Shown: positions 23,931 to 36,400 of the stretch, in pieces | Layout of the letters: each line of letters starts with the position of its first letter | How positions within the stretch are numbered: the first letter of the stretch is position 1 | NCBI GenBank assembly: GCA_904063045.1 | Contig: CAJFCJ010000006.1 | Span: forward strand, 1,245,771 to 1,309,770 | Source of the DNA: Dimorphilus gyrociliatus | Lineage: Eukaryota > Animalia > Annelida | Direction: 5' to 3' | Length of the DNA stretch: 64,000 bases | The notes under the pieces: model-generated | What the model was told of the DNA's origin: nothing | What the model saw: the letters and a program-made list of their open reading frames with translations, nothing else | Database searches by the model: none | Program-made: the position numbers and the translations under genes

Positions 23931-26227
23931 ATGACTGATTCTCCCGATTTGCCCAACGATGTCACCGAACTGCAAGAGATGGTTCGAACTTTGCAAAGCG
24001 AGTTGGCACAGACCAGTCAGGAACGTGTTCAGGCTGCCGAATACGGATTAAGTATTTTGGAAGAGCGTGACAACTTACAAACGTCCTACGATGAATTGGA
24101 ATCAATTTATGAAAACACAAAACATGAGTTAGAATGCGCTCAAGAGGTATGCAATAATTGATTTATAAATTATATTTTTGTATTTTAGAATAGATTACTT
24201 ATAACTCTACAAACGTATAATAAAACAAGCTGTCATAGTTCATATCTGAATAATAGTTTTATAAATCAATAACGTAAACATTCCACCTTAACGCTGTATT
24301 ATTCACCCCAGCGAAACAATGGCTTTATACACATTCTTGTCGTGTTTTTAAACCTTGGGAAGGCTATGGTATTCTTTAAGCAAAAAGTATTTTCTAAAGA
24401 TGAAATAGCTTAAATGTAGCATGTGGTTTGAATTTTGACAAGTGTTGGCATTTTAAACGATCGCAATTATATATGACTTTCCAATCCTTTTAGGCGCTTA
24501 CTACTGTTCAACGTTCACAAAGAGAGACCAATACAGCTGGTCAACAGGCCGAAGAAAAATTGCTAGTTGAAAGTGCGACAAGAGAAGCTTTATTACAAGA
24601 ATCTATAAATCAGTTAGAAAGCGAAACACGGAATATTCGAGCAGACTTGGAAAGAGCTACAGCAGAGAATGAAAAACTAGGAGCCAGGTGCTACGAAGTA
24701 GAGTCACTTTTATCGGAAAGCGAATCTGAAAGATCGTTACTCCGCAAAGATATTCGCGAATTAAAGCAACGGGAAAGCAGGACATTGCAGGATGTTACTG
24801 ATCTTGAAGATGAGAATGTTACCTTACAAAAGCAAGTCTTAAGTTTGAAACAAGCTCAAGTTGAATTTGAAGCAGTTAAACATGAAAGATCTAGATTACA
24901 AGATGAAGTTAACCAATTAAGGATGGAAGGTGAAGAGTTAATACAGTTACGCGCCATTGTTGAACAAAATTTGGAGGAAGCTTTAAAAACTGTACAATAC
25001 GAACGTGATCAAAAGCATATGATGAAGAAAGAGTTGGATAGAGCAAAAAATGAACAAGAGAATTATGCAACATTCTCGGCTCTTGCTTCTCAATTGTCTC
25101 TAGATTCAGGAAATGGTGCAGATTCCAATTCAGATGCGCCACAAGTTGGTCATTTATTTTCTGAAGTTCATACCTCAGAGGTTCGTCAGCTTCAACAACA
25201 ATTAGAATTAGCTCAATCAGAACGTACTAAACTACGAAGTCAATTAGACGAAATACAATCACAGTTGGAAAATAAAAACAGAGAGTTAAGCGGCCTACAA
25301 AAATCAAATGAAAAGTTGAAAGATATTAGGCAACTAGAAGAAAAGTTACATACTCTTGAGAAGAACTTGAACGACATTACATATTCAGAAAAGAAAGCAA
25401 GAACTTGTATTTCTAAAACAAGTGACGATATGGAAAAACTTTGTGAACTTTTGGGTCAACTCTATCATCATGTTAGTGAAGTTCTTGGTTTAACGCCTGA
25501 TAGAGTCATGCTAGATCATGTACAAAAACGCAGAAAAATGGTTAAAAGCAATTCCACAGAATCAGCTTCAATGAATGGTGAAGATTCATATGCCGAAGAA
25601 GAAACTTGCTTAGAGTTAATGTCCACTTTATTCGATCAAGTAAATCATATCGAAAGAGCAGTCCATCGTGTATTGGAAGAAGCTTCCAATTCAAAAATGA
25701 CTACCAGCATGCAAGCAAATGATTCCGAAGATGTAAATGAGTTACAAGAACAAATTGTAAAATTAAAAGCTATGTTAAGTTCGAAAAGAGAACAGGTTGC
25801 AACTTTGCGGTCTGTTTTAAAAGCAAACAAGCAAACCGCAGAGGCAGCTTTAGCAAATCTTAAGAGAAAGTACGATAATGAGAAAGCAGTAGTTGCCGAA
25901 ACAATGGTGCGGCTAAGAACTGAGTTAAAGGCTTTAAAACAAGACGCAGCAACTTTTGCTTCTCTTCGAGCCATGTTTGCTCAAAGGTGTGACGAATATG
26001 TTACTCAATTAGATGAATTGGCTAGACATGTTGCCGCAGCAGAAGAAGAAAAGAAAACACTAAATTCATTATTAAGAATGGCCATACAACAGAAATTATC
26101 TCTGACTCAAAAATTAGAAGATATGGAATTTGATAAAGAGAAAAGGAGAATAGGTCGAGTTGTTCCAACGACAGCTGCACATGGCCTACAGTCAAGTAGT
26201 AGCAATTCTCGATCGAACAGACACTAA
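23931..26227 (+). CDS. BICD: Protein bicaudal D (dynein adaptor), 2 coding exons
   Basis: QAAEYGLSILEE, LQDVTDLEDENVTLQKQVLSLKQAQVEFEAVKHE, LKAMLSSKREQVATLRSVLKANKQTAE, FASLRAMFAQRCDEYV, LNSLLRMAIQQKLSLTQKLEDME; intron about 24148-24494. Confidence 0.97.
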
Positions 26228-27064
26228 AAAGTGGCAAAGAAGGTTGTTTTAAAAAATTTTTTTTATTTTTAGGAAAAACTGAAAAATTTTTACAATGTTA
26301 TTTATCTATTGCTGATTTCTTTTACCTTCGATTGCACTTAATCTGCACTATTATCATGCTCTTTTTTCAACTATAAGTTCTATGCAAATTTGAACAAAAT
26401 TTGAATATTAGATTCAAGAAATATTGATGACATCCTTATGGGATTATTAAGCCTACCGAAAGTTTTCTCGAGAAGTCGGCATAATTATTATTGTAATGAC
26501 TGTATAAAGGTGCTTAATGTCGTTGTCGTCAATGAATGAAATACAAAATTGTAGTTGAACTATATAAATGCAACAATCGATTTTACATTAAAGCGTGCTT
26601 TTCACATAATGCTTACTGCACCATATTAAGGCAACAAAAGCTGAACAGCTTAAGTTTTACAGCATATTTGGAATATTTTATGCACTAAAACTATTTTATG
26701 GCTAAGAATCTTTTCATCAAACAGATTCAATATATCATCATGATTGCAAATGCTGTGGGATTTCCAAACTACAAAAATTCAATCAAACGGCATGAATATT
26801 AAATTATTCGATGCAGCAAAGAGCCAATTTTCATCGGAAAAGACGTTACTGAAAGAAATTAGGTTAGGGTAAAAGTAACAATCGTATACAGTTTCACTTT
26901 ATATCGTTAATTAACAGCTGTTGTATATTAGAAAAACTGATAAAAAAAAGTTCTCTTCTTATTTATATATGGTTTTTTTTTATTACAATTATGTATTTAA
27001 GAACTTGAGAATGTTATTAGAATATTTTGATGTAAGTATAATGAATATTTTTGCAGATAATTGT

Positions 27065-28396
27065 TCATGAGGAGATGGTCATTGGTCGTTGGCAAAATTT
27101 ATCAAACTCATCAATTTCCAGACTTAAACTGTCTTGTTCCCTATTCTCTGATGCAGTTTTCGCTGTGCGACTAAAGAGTTTGCACTGAAAAAAGATAGCG
27201 TTGAAGAAAATCAGTCGATTCGCAAAGATGGATGCTACAAAAACATTTTTTTTTTACTTACTTTATCTTCATCCGAAAGTAAACAATACAACATTGATAA
27301 CGTATAAGCAATTTTCATTCGCTTCTCATCGTATTTAGCATCCGTTTGCTGCTGACGTAGGTCGAAAACGGCGTTTAAAACCTGTTTTGCCTCAGCTGTC
27401 TGAGCCTCGTCTAAATAGTCATAATGAATGTCTGCTTCCTCAAAAACTGGACCAATAGTCTGTCTTTTCATTGGTGTTGCTCTTCGTTGAGCCGTTAATT
27501 TCTGCAAATGCTTCATCCATATATCGGTAACCTTGTCATACAGAGAATCCGCGACAAGCATACGATTTTGTCTAAAAAATACGTTAGCCATATGAAAATA
27601 ACCTCCGGAAGTTGCTATATCAGACGGACCGGCATCTTGAGAAGCATAAAATATCTAAATAAAACAAGAGAGAATGAAAATAAATATATTAAATTTTTTT
27701 TATAAATCTTCAAATATGGCAAAGGCTTTGGCTTTATTTGCTATAAACTTACATCATTTGCGTAGTTTCGTAACGCGTCATCGTATTGACCATTTGAAGC
27801 TGCCAGTAAGCCTAAATTTCGATATAACCGAGATCGGAAATGATTAGGGCAACTAGGAGTTTTAAGTACTGTCCATTCAGCTTGAGCTAAATAGTCTTCG
27901 GCTTCTGATAATTTGCCTAGTCCTATTGCCGCTTCGGCTAGGATCAAATAAGATGGTACAAGTTCTACGCTAGCTGTTCCATGTACAGCTATGGAAAATC
28001 TCAGAGCTTGTATTGCGGCTGGGATGGATTCAACGTGTTTTCCTTCAAAAAGCAGCTTTTGACCTGTTGTTCTCGATAAATCAATCATTTGTTTTTGTCG
28101 AATAATTTGTTGTTCTTGTCGGTGCTGTCTTTCTTCCTCTGATCCGGCAAATGGGACTGGGGTTCTCAGAGGTATAAGCAATTGACATATCTTTTCATGG
28201 ATTCCTACCCAGTCATTCATTTGATGTTCCTTCCCGCTATACACAAATTAATTATCACAGTTTGTTTGAAAACTTGCTAATCAACTTACCAATAGTATGT
28301 TACCCGACATTTTGTGCATTTGATAAACGCTGGCCGTTGACACAACTCGCATTTTAGTTCAACGCCTTTCGGATTCGATAATGGATTAACAGACAT
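27065..28396 (-). CDS. ZMYND12: Zinc finger MYND domain-containing protein 12 (MYND + TPR-like), 4 exons
   Basis: MSVNPLSNPKGVELKCELCQRPAFIKCTKCRVTYYC|GKEHQ..DWVGIHEKICQLL, ELVPSYLILAEAAIGLG, YLAQAEWTVLK, LYRNLGLL. Confidence 0.92.
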
Positions 28397-28457
28397 CTTG
28401 ATAATTTCAAAACAAAATTCTTTATCTACGATAATAGAGGATTCAGCATTTCGAAAT

Positions 28458-28510
28458 GTTGCTTGGCAACCTCATAAATCCGGAAATCTTCAGTACTAGC
28501 AAAATGGCGG
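28458..28510. promoter_or_regulatory. RFX X-box and YY1 motif in the ZMYND12 bidirectional promoter
   Basis: GTTGCTTGGCAAC at 28458-28470 (near-perfect X-box palindrome) and AAAATGGCGG at 28501-28510. Confidence 0.65.
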
Positions 28511-28616
28511 ACGACAAGTAGTCGCTAGGTGGCGTTTTTTCTCCGTGAGTCCCAAAATCGACGAAGGTAAATGTCGTCCGATTCAAGAAAATCGCCTACG
28601 GAACAGCTAGCAAAAA

Positions 28617-31513
28617 TGGCTGGAAATCTAGAATCGCAAGACTTAGATAAGGATTTGCTCTTGGAAGATTTCTTTGATACATCGATAAAAGTAATCTAAG
28701 AAATATTTTTTTAAAGGGGCGGGCAAAAATCATAACAATATCTAACCCCTATTGTTTACATAACAAAACAGGTACTAAAAGACATTGGAAAATTAAACGT
28801 TGGAATTAATCAACGAGACAAAGTAGAAGCGATACTTTCTACTCTATTATCGTCATATTGCAAAAGAACTTCAACAATAGCTTTCAAATTTGATTATTTG
28901 GCATCTGATGAGTTATATACAAGATTAATCTTAAACCTTTATCGGATATTCCTTCATCCACAAGCTTACAAGGACAAAGATTTTACTGATATGCTTATTG
29001 CGAAATTTGAACAATTACGTGACAAAGATTGTCCTAAAGGATATTCAATAACTTTCTCAGCAATAATGTGAGTTATTTTCTTTTCATAACGTAGCTAATG
29101 TTACTAAGTGTTAGCAGTTTTTTTCTAATTAAATGAATAGCCAAACATTAAAAAATAGTTAAACTATAGTTTTATTCTTCAAATTTACCTATTTTCTCTT
29201 TCGATTGGTAAAAAATATTACCCTTAACGTCAAATAATTAGATCAGGTATAGATTTGAGGAAAATTTCATTCAAAATTATATTCTTTGTTAAACTGTTTT
29301 ATTTAACAGAGACTCTATCAAACAGAGATGGGATAACTATGATATTTTGATGCAATCTGCCAGCAAAGAGCAATGTGTACTATTATTTCAGTTTAACGAA
29401 AGGGAGGAATTAATTCGATGTCGAATAAGACTATTAATTGAAGCAAAGCAATATAATTTTGCATTAGCCGTATTAAATTCTTGGTTTCAATTTGAAGAAG
29501 CTTCACAAAGTTCTGAACTACGATCTTATGCCGCTATCAATGCTTACTTACAAGGACATTTACATGCTTTCAACTATTACGTAAGTAAAATTTGCGTTTA
29601 TTGTCAATTATATTATTTTTTGCCATTGATTTTTTGAACAGATTACATTTTTCAATTGCAAAGATGTCGGATTTATATTAAAGTTTCTTAAATCGAGTAT
29701 AAAAGAATCTAAATATTTCGATTGGCCGTCCTCATCTCAACCGTCTACAGACTTTCTCAATTATCCTTGTATATGTGTACCAAATCCGAATTTTTTACAT
29801 ATTCAACCGAATAAATTAGAAAAAATTTTATACGCAGTCAGCAATCATAAACATGTTATTCAATTGATTGATGATAAAACTATTGACGAAGGCTACGGAG
29901 TATGTATCTAAAAAATTAAATTTTTCATATGCTCTCTTCTAAATGTATTTTATCATTTTTTTAAGGATTTATTTTTAGAATGGATTAAAGTGATTAATGA
30001 CAATGAAAAAATTATTTCAACTATTTTCAAGAAAAATTCATCCTTATCAACGAAATTGTTAATTATTAAAATAACAGATGTAATTGATATGTTAGTTCAT
30101 GCCGGGGAGGCAGAAGAATTCTTTGACCTTATTTTAAGATTGGTCTATCAAGTTTTAACTGACAAAAATATAACTGGATTAGAAAGTGAAGAAATATTGA
30201 CAACTCCTTGCTTAATATCCGACTTATCTGCAAGCTTATCTTTAGCTTGTACAGGTATTTATCAATGTCTGGAAATTGTTGCTGCGGAGGCTAGTTTTTG
30301 TTATAGACCTTGTGAAGAGACTTTAAACTTACTAATCAAGGTGTTTCGTAGCCAAGTTACCTCTGATTCATGTTCAACTCAGCTGGCTGTAAAGAGTGAA
30401 TCAGGTAATGATTTCGAATCGACCATAAATACGGCAATAAACGTATTTCGCAAATTCATCTTCGTCGACAACTATCAAGGAGATCCAAAACAATTAAGAG
30501 CAGCACTTGGAGAGTTAAAAAAACATTCAGACAAAAATTTAGAATGGCCAGAAGATATACCCAAATTTGAGTTTGCTCCTTTACAATCTCTCTATGTCGA
30601 GAGAGCGACGGCAAAGACTCTTTACAACATATTTTCTTCGCTTACAAAACAAAAATTACAGATAGTTTTGAATGAATCTATTCTATTGTCTCAAACACCT
30701 ACACCAGAAGAGACAAGTTATCAGTTTCTGAATAAGCCTGAACTTGAAATCGAATACACAAACGGAAATGTAAACGTCAGCGAGAGAGATTATCAATTCG
30801 ACGAAAGAGCAAACCCTGAAGATCCAAATAAAATAGAAAACTATCTACAATATATAGAAAACGAGTGCCCAGTGTATGAAAAAAAGGTATTCGAGGATCA
30901 TAATCATGTTGAAAGAGAAGAGTTGTGTTTGAAAAAAAAATTCCTTTTTCAACAGCGTGCACGAAGGTTAAGTCGTTGTAGATTCTTGTGGAATGAAGAA
31001 AGACAAAGAAGAGTTTACGACTTATCTTATAAGCCCTGGTATTTAAAAAATGCAAGTTACATTCCACGAAAATTGAAAAAATTATATCGTGGAAAATTAG
31101 GTCGAAAGTATAAAATTGATGGTGTAGAATTCACTGTTCCTGAGGAAGAGAACCACTCAGATGGCACAGCCTTAGTACCATTATCATGGATAGATGATAA
31201 AACTGTGACTGAAACTTATAAAAATTTTATCAGTGATAATTTTAACGAATTTGCGGTGTTCATATCAAGAGAAATAGATGAAGAAAATAATGCAACAATT
31301 ACTTTTTATAACGGAGCACATAAATTAATTGCTGAAGTAAAACTAGCAGCTCAAGCAAAATGTCAACAAAAATTATCATTAATAGATTCAGTAAAAATGC
31401 ATTCAAGCGAAGTAAGAACAAACGGAAATCTCGTAAATGACTTACCGGATTTTGAATTTAAATATGATGCAAGTAATAGAATATTTCAAAATGGCTGTCC
31501 TCGAACCAATTAG
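28617..31513 (+). CDS. Uncharacterised large alpha-helical protein, about 5 exons
   Basis: MAGNLESQDLDKDLLLEDFF exon, then open exons at about 28772-29067, 29311-29584, 29643-29900 and about 29966-31513, joined by short GT-AG introns. No confident family. Confidence 0.7.
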
Positions 31514-31719
31514 TTATTGATCTTTTTTTTATAGTACTTTTTTCTCCTACGAAACTGTATACAGATGTAAAAAATAGTATAAGTTTTAGATAAGGATTCA
31601 TTTTTAAAATATCAATTTGTTTAATGTTTAGTGCATGCAAATCTATTATACAAAGACTCTGTTTTAAACAATACAAAGAAATGAATTTCATATAAATTGT
31701 TGTTTACCTTGGAGAATTT

Positions 31720-32661
31720 TCAGGGAAAGTTTTGCTCTAACAGGTCATCTAAAAGTGAGGAAACCTCCATTCTTAAAGCATGTACCAATTCAAACGGAAT
31801 AGTTTCAGTTGTAAATGAGCAGCATTGAAGAATTCTGTATAATTTCTCATAAGCTTCGTTCGGTATATTTCCTTTTTGGTTAATTCTTAACATCTTTTGA
31901 TGAATATAGTAATACCATTCATCCTTTTCTTTGTCTATTGCATCCATAATTTTAGATAGTCTAGGATCCTTATACATCATAGTCTCCATTGATGGATGCT
32001 TTTTCAGAGCTTCAGTAGCATGGGTCTGTGAAGATATTTGAGTGGATTTTCCTGTAGATATTTTGTTACTAAATTGTAATAAACTGAACTCTTAAGCTGA
32101 TAAAAATTTGATAATAATACAACCTTGCACGGATTGAAATTCTTCATATTTACTGGAGAGAAGACGAGTGGAAGGATTAGAATCTATAAAAAGTTTAGTA
32201 TATTATTTAAGCATTATATTTTATCTTGAATATTATGATAAAAAAATAAAGGGACTACTCTGTAAATTCTCTTCAGCTTTAGCTCTTTTTTCAGCCTCTT
32301 CGGCTTCTTTTAGCTTTATTAATCGTGACATAAATATATTCATATCAATGACTTTTTTCTTTTTATTATTCCTTATTGGTTCCTGGTCGTCTTTTTTCGC
32401 CTGAATGTCTTTCTTCGCGACCTCATTCACTTTTAAACGTTCCTTCATTTGACTAATTATAAGTTTTTCAAACTCTCTTTCTTCTATTAACTTCCTTTCT
32501 CTGTAAGCTGCTTGAAAGATTGTTGAAATATTCGGCAACTTGGAATCTGGTTCATTCTTCTTTGATTTAGAATAAGTAACAAATAATTGAGCATGGCCCC
32601 TTTTTACTTTTTCTACAACTTCTGTGGATTCTTTTAGTTGTATTGAGTCAAACAGCGGCAT
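31720..32661 (-). CDS. Uncharacterised protein (Lys/Glu-rich coiled coil), multi-exon
   Basis: ORFs 32233-32667 and 31720-31989 (the latter open upstream to about 32060), linked by a small exon near 32125-32155. Confidence 0.6.
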
Positions 32662-33453
32662 TTTCAAACAAAAAAGTTTCTCAGTAGAATTTAAATGAGC
32701 AGCGAGCTAAGAATATTTCGATATAACGAATTTAACGTGGAATTTCGCAATGCAACGGCTTAAATTATCGATAATCGAATGTTAGATCTAAACGATAAAT
32801 CGATTTCCTTCAATGTAAAGTTCCAAAAAATTATAAATTAACATGGAAAAAAATTTCTATTAATAAGAAAATCATAAATAAAAAGATAAAGAAATATGAA
32901 TTTTTAACTTATAAAATCGGTATTTATATCCCGAGTAGTCTCGCATTTGATAAATGACAGAGAAAAACTATTAGTATTTACCTTTTCGACGAAAAGGTTT
33001 AATTAAATATGAAAGAAAAAAATTAATACAAGCAATTATTGTTAGATATTAAAGTAACGAGAAATTTCTTCTTTTTTTTTATAAAATTGTATAAACTGTT
33101 CTATTACCTTAGGCTATAACAGAGCTGCTAACAAAGTTGCCCTATAGGATCCATAAGTCAAAGATTTTTTTATTATCCTTAGGCAATGGTATGCGTAATT
33201 TTAAATTAACTTTTTTCTTGATATACAATTTGTGTCAAAATGAAATGTATAAATTTATATATACTATGTATATATATATATATCTTTAAAAAAGAATATT
33301 CTTGGAAGCAAAACTAATAAATAACATTCTGGAGAGAGAAAACATCTCCATTATTTATTTCTTTTAATACAAAAAGATTATTTTCGTTTCAGATTTAAAA
33401 AAGAAACAATAAATTTTACATTTTGGATATCATTTCACAAACAGTTCAATGCT

Positions 33454-36400
33454 TTAAAATAACTTTACACTTTAACATACTTCAATAACCTCTCAACAAT
33501 TTGAATTGGCAACAAATCATTGGCCGCATCAAGAATATCACTAGCTTTCATGGTAAGAACATCTTGTTGAAACTCTTTGCTCATTCCAGATAAGGTCGAT
33601 ATGAGATCATCGTCCTCTAGAGCCATTCCTTCTTTGACCATTTTTTTAAGTTCGTCAATTTGCCTTATAACCTATGAAAAGCGAAAACCAATTAGTGGTG
33701 GATAATATGACTAGCTGTTTTTACATACTTTTGGAACTTTCTTCTGAATTCCCAAAAATTCGGTAAGTCTACTTAAAAAATCGGCAAAACTGATTCCTGA
33801 GTTCTGTGCATAGTAAATAACAAGCGAATAAATAATAATACTGTTATAATATGTGAAGAGTATAAATGAATTTACATGTTGTAATATTTCTATGAAGACT
33901 CGAGGTAACCTCGAATTAATCCTTGGACTTTGGGCAAGGCTTAAGGCAACGCTCTTGCCGATTTTTGGTACAAAATTTGTGGTATAAGATACGGGTTTGG
34001 TGAGATGACTGGCAGGCGCCGGAGCTATATTCTTAAATCTCGATACAACTGTGCTGATAATTGCAGGTGTGGGGGACTGAGAGGCCGCAAAATCTCTGGC
34101 TAAAACTGGATCATTGCTTATTAGTTCTCTTTCTTTTTCTCGGTCGTACTCTTCCCAAGCTGCTTTTCTCTCCTCTTCCGAGAGATCTTCTTCCGGTCTA
34201 TTTTGCAATAATGTATCATGTTCGTGGTATGTAACAATACAATCCTTTTTGCTTCCTGACAATAAGTCGGCTAAAATCCGATCCTGGTGGAAGTTAATAG
34301 CAATAAAAAATTAATTGAATTGACACAACAAATATTGACTAACTTTTGGAACAGAAGGTGTTATCCGCGTTGTTCCCCCGTCTGGATTAAACTGATAGAG
34401 CTGTTTCAGATCATTCTCTGTGAAATGCCTGTCAATTTGCCTCTCATCTATTACACGATGGGCGAGTGTTTCTTTCGTGACTTGACGTTCGTAGATCTTT
34501 TCTTCCATGGTTCCTTGGGCAACTAAACGGTAAACGTAAACAGCTTTTGTCTGACCGAATCGGTACACGCGAAAGATAGATTGTATATCATCGGACGGAT
34601 TCCACGAAGCGTCGAATATTATTACACGATTCGCCGATTCTAGATTAATGCCCAATCCTCCAGCTTTGGTTGATATTAAGAATAGTCTGAGGCTATGTTG
34701 AAGAAGGTATCGATTTTATTTTTTTATTAAGAGTTTGCTTGTTTGTTTGCAAAGTAATTTCTTACCGCTTGTTAGTAGGCTTCATAAACTCGTTAACTAA
34801 ATTTTTCCTTATAGAAGCAGAAGTACTACCATCCATTCGGCAATAATCTTCGTCCTTCTCCCAAACATTAAACTGAACCGCAGACTAAAGAAAATTGTTT
34901 CAAATTATCATATAATGCCAAGGCAATTGTATTTCTAAATATTACTCGTCTTTTTGTCTTCTCCGTTTTCTTTCCCGACATAAATGCTAAAAATTCTTCT
35001 ATTAAGTCTAAAGCCAACAAACTATGACTGAAGAGTAATCTAAAAAAACAAAATTATATATTGATCATTATTTACTTTTAAGTAGCAACTAACATTTTGT
35101 CTCCAATCTGACTTATTGATTGTAAAAGTTCAAAAAGTACAGTTATCTTTACTCCCAGTTCAATTCGTTGATTAGCATCTTCTGGTACAAGAGAATCCCA
35201 CCATTTCGGATCACGCGGAATCTCAGGGGCAGGTAAAGGAGGTACTGTTTATTTTTTTTGTATTGTTAAGAGAATTAGTTATCATAAATCAATAAAAAAA
35301 ATCTATTTTACATTGTCCGGGGCCACGTGCTCTCATATTGTAGAATGAACTGCCAACTGAATCTACTTTAATTTTTAGTATTTGCCCCTGATTCTTGTCA
35401 GTTTCGAAATGTTGTTCATAATGAACTTCATTAGAATTATTCAAATTTCTAGGAAAACAAAAGAATAACTAAAAGAATATTCTGTAAAAAGTTGATTGAA
35501 ATTTACTCTTTTTTTGTTGCTTCTTCAATCAAACTATCGTCCTCACTAAAACTGAAATCCTCCTCCTCATCACTTTCAACAATATTTTTCTTATCTTGCC
35601 TTATTTCATCCAATTTCAACATCCATGGATGTGTACAAATGCACATAAAATAATTATAGTCAACAAATAATTGTACACCAACAAAACTACTACTTCCATC
35701 ACTGCTTTCAACAATCTTTAAATACTCCTCATAAAGTTTCTTCTGTTAGAGAGAAAACAAGTTCAAGATAGAAAAGTATCATATTTTCAAATAATAATTT
35801 ACCTGAATTGGTGACAAACGAACGGCTATAATGTATTCGTGTTTTGGAGGTAGAAACGGAACTAAAGCAGAGTAATCTCGTCGTTGCACACAGCCGCCTA
35901 ATAAATCATGAAGAACATGGGCTCGTCTCTTCATTACCTGGACGTCTTTGCTTGTCGAATCTGAGTGTTGCCCGTTCGTTATTGGATTAACAAACCGATT
36001 GCAGAATTCTTTTCTCGTTCCCAATAAGTTTGGTTTTACAAATTGCAACATCGTGTGATCTGAGAAGAAATTCATGATTAATTTTTAGATATCGAAAGTA
36101 TCACATAATATTTACATTCTAGAAGATTATTTTGTAGTGGAGTACCAGTTAGCACAATTCGACGTTTCGTTTGAACTCTATTCAAACTTTTCGAGATAGA
36201 GGTTTGCTCGTTCTTTAACACATGACCTTCATCACAAACGACAATGTCCGGTCCAGGATCGATCAGTAATTCTAAGTAAAGTGCCTTTTTCTTCCTGCTC
36301 TTTCCTGAATAATTTACCAACATTCGAAACATTTGATATCCCATTAACATTACACCACCAGTTTCTTTCCACATGTTCAACCTCTGAAAAACAGAGTGTT

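Noticed and set aside
24148-24494. Possible H/ACA snoRNA in the long BICD intron (two weak hairpins, ANANNA-like linker)
   Set aside because: No ACA box after the second hairpin, and the stems are weak.
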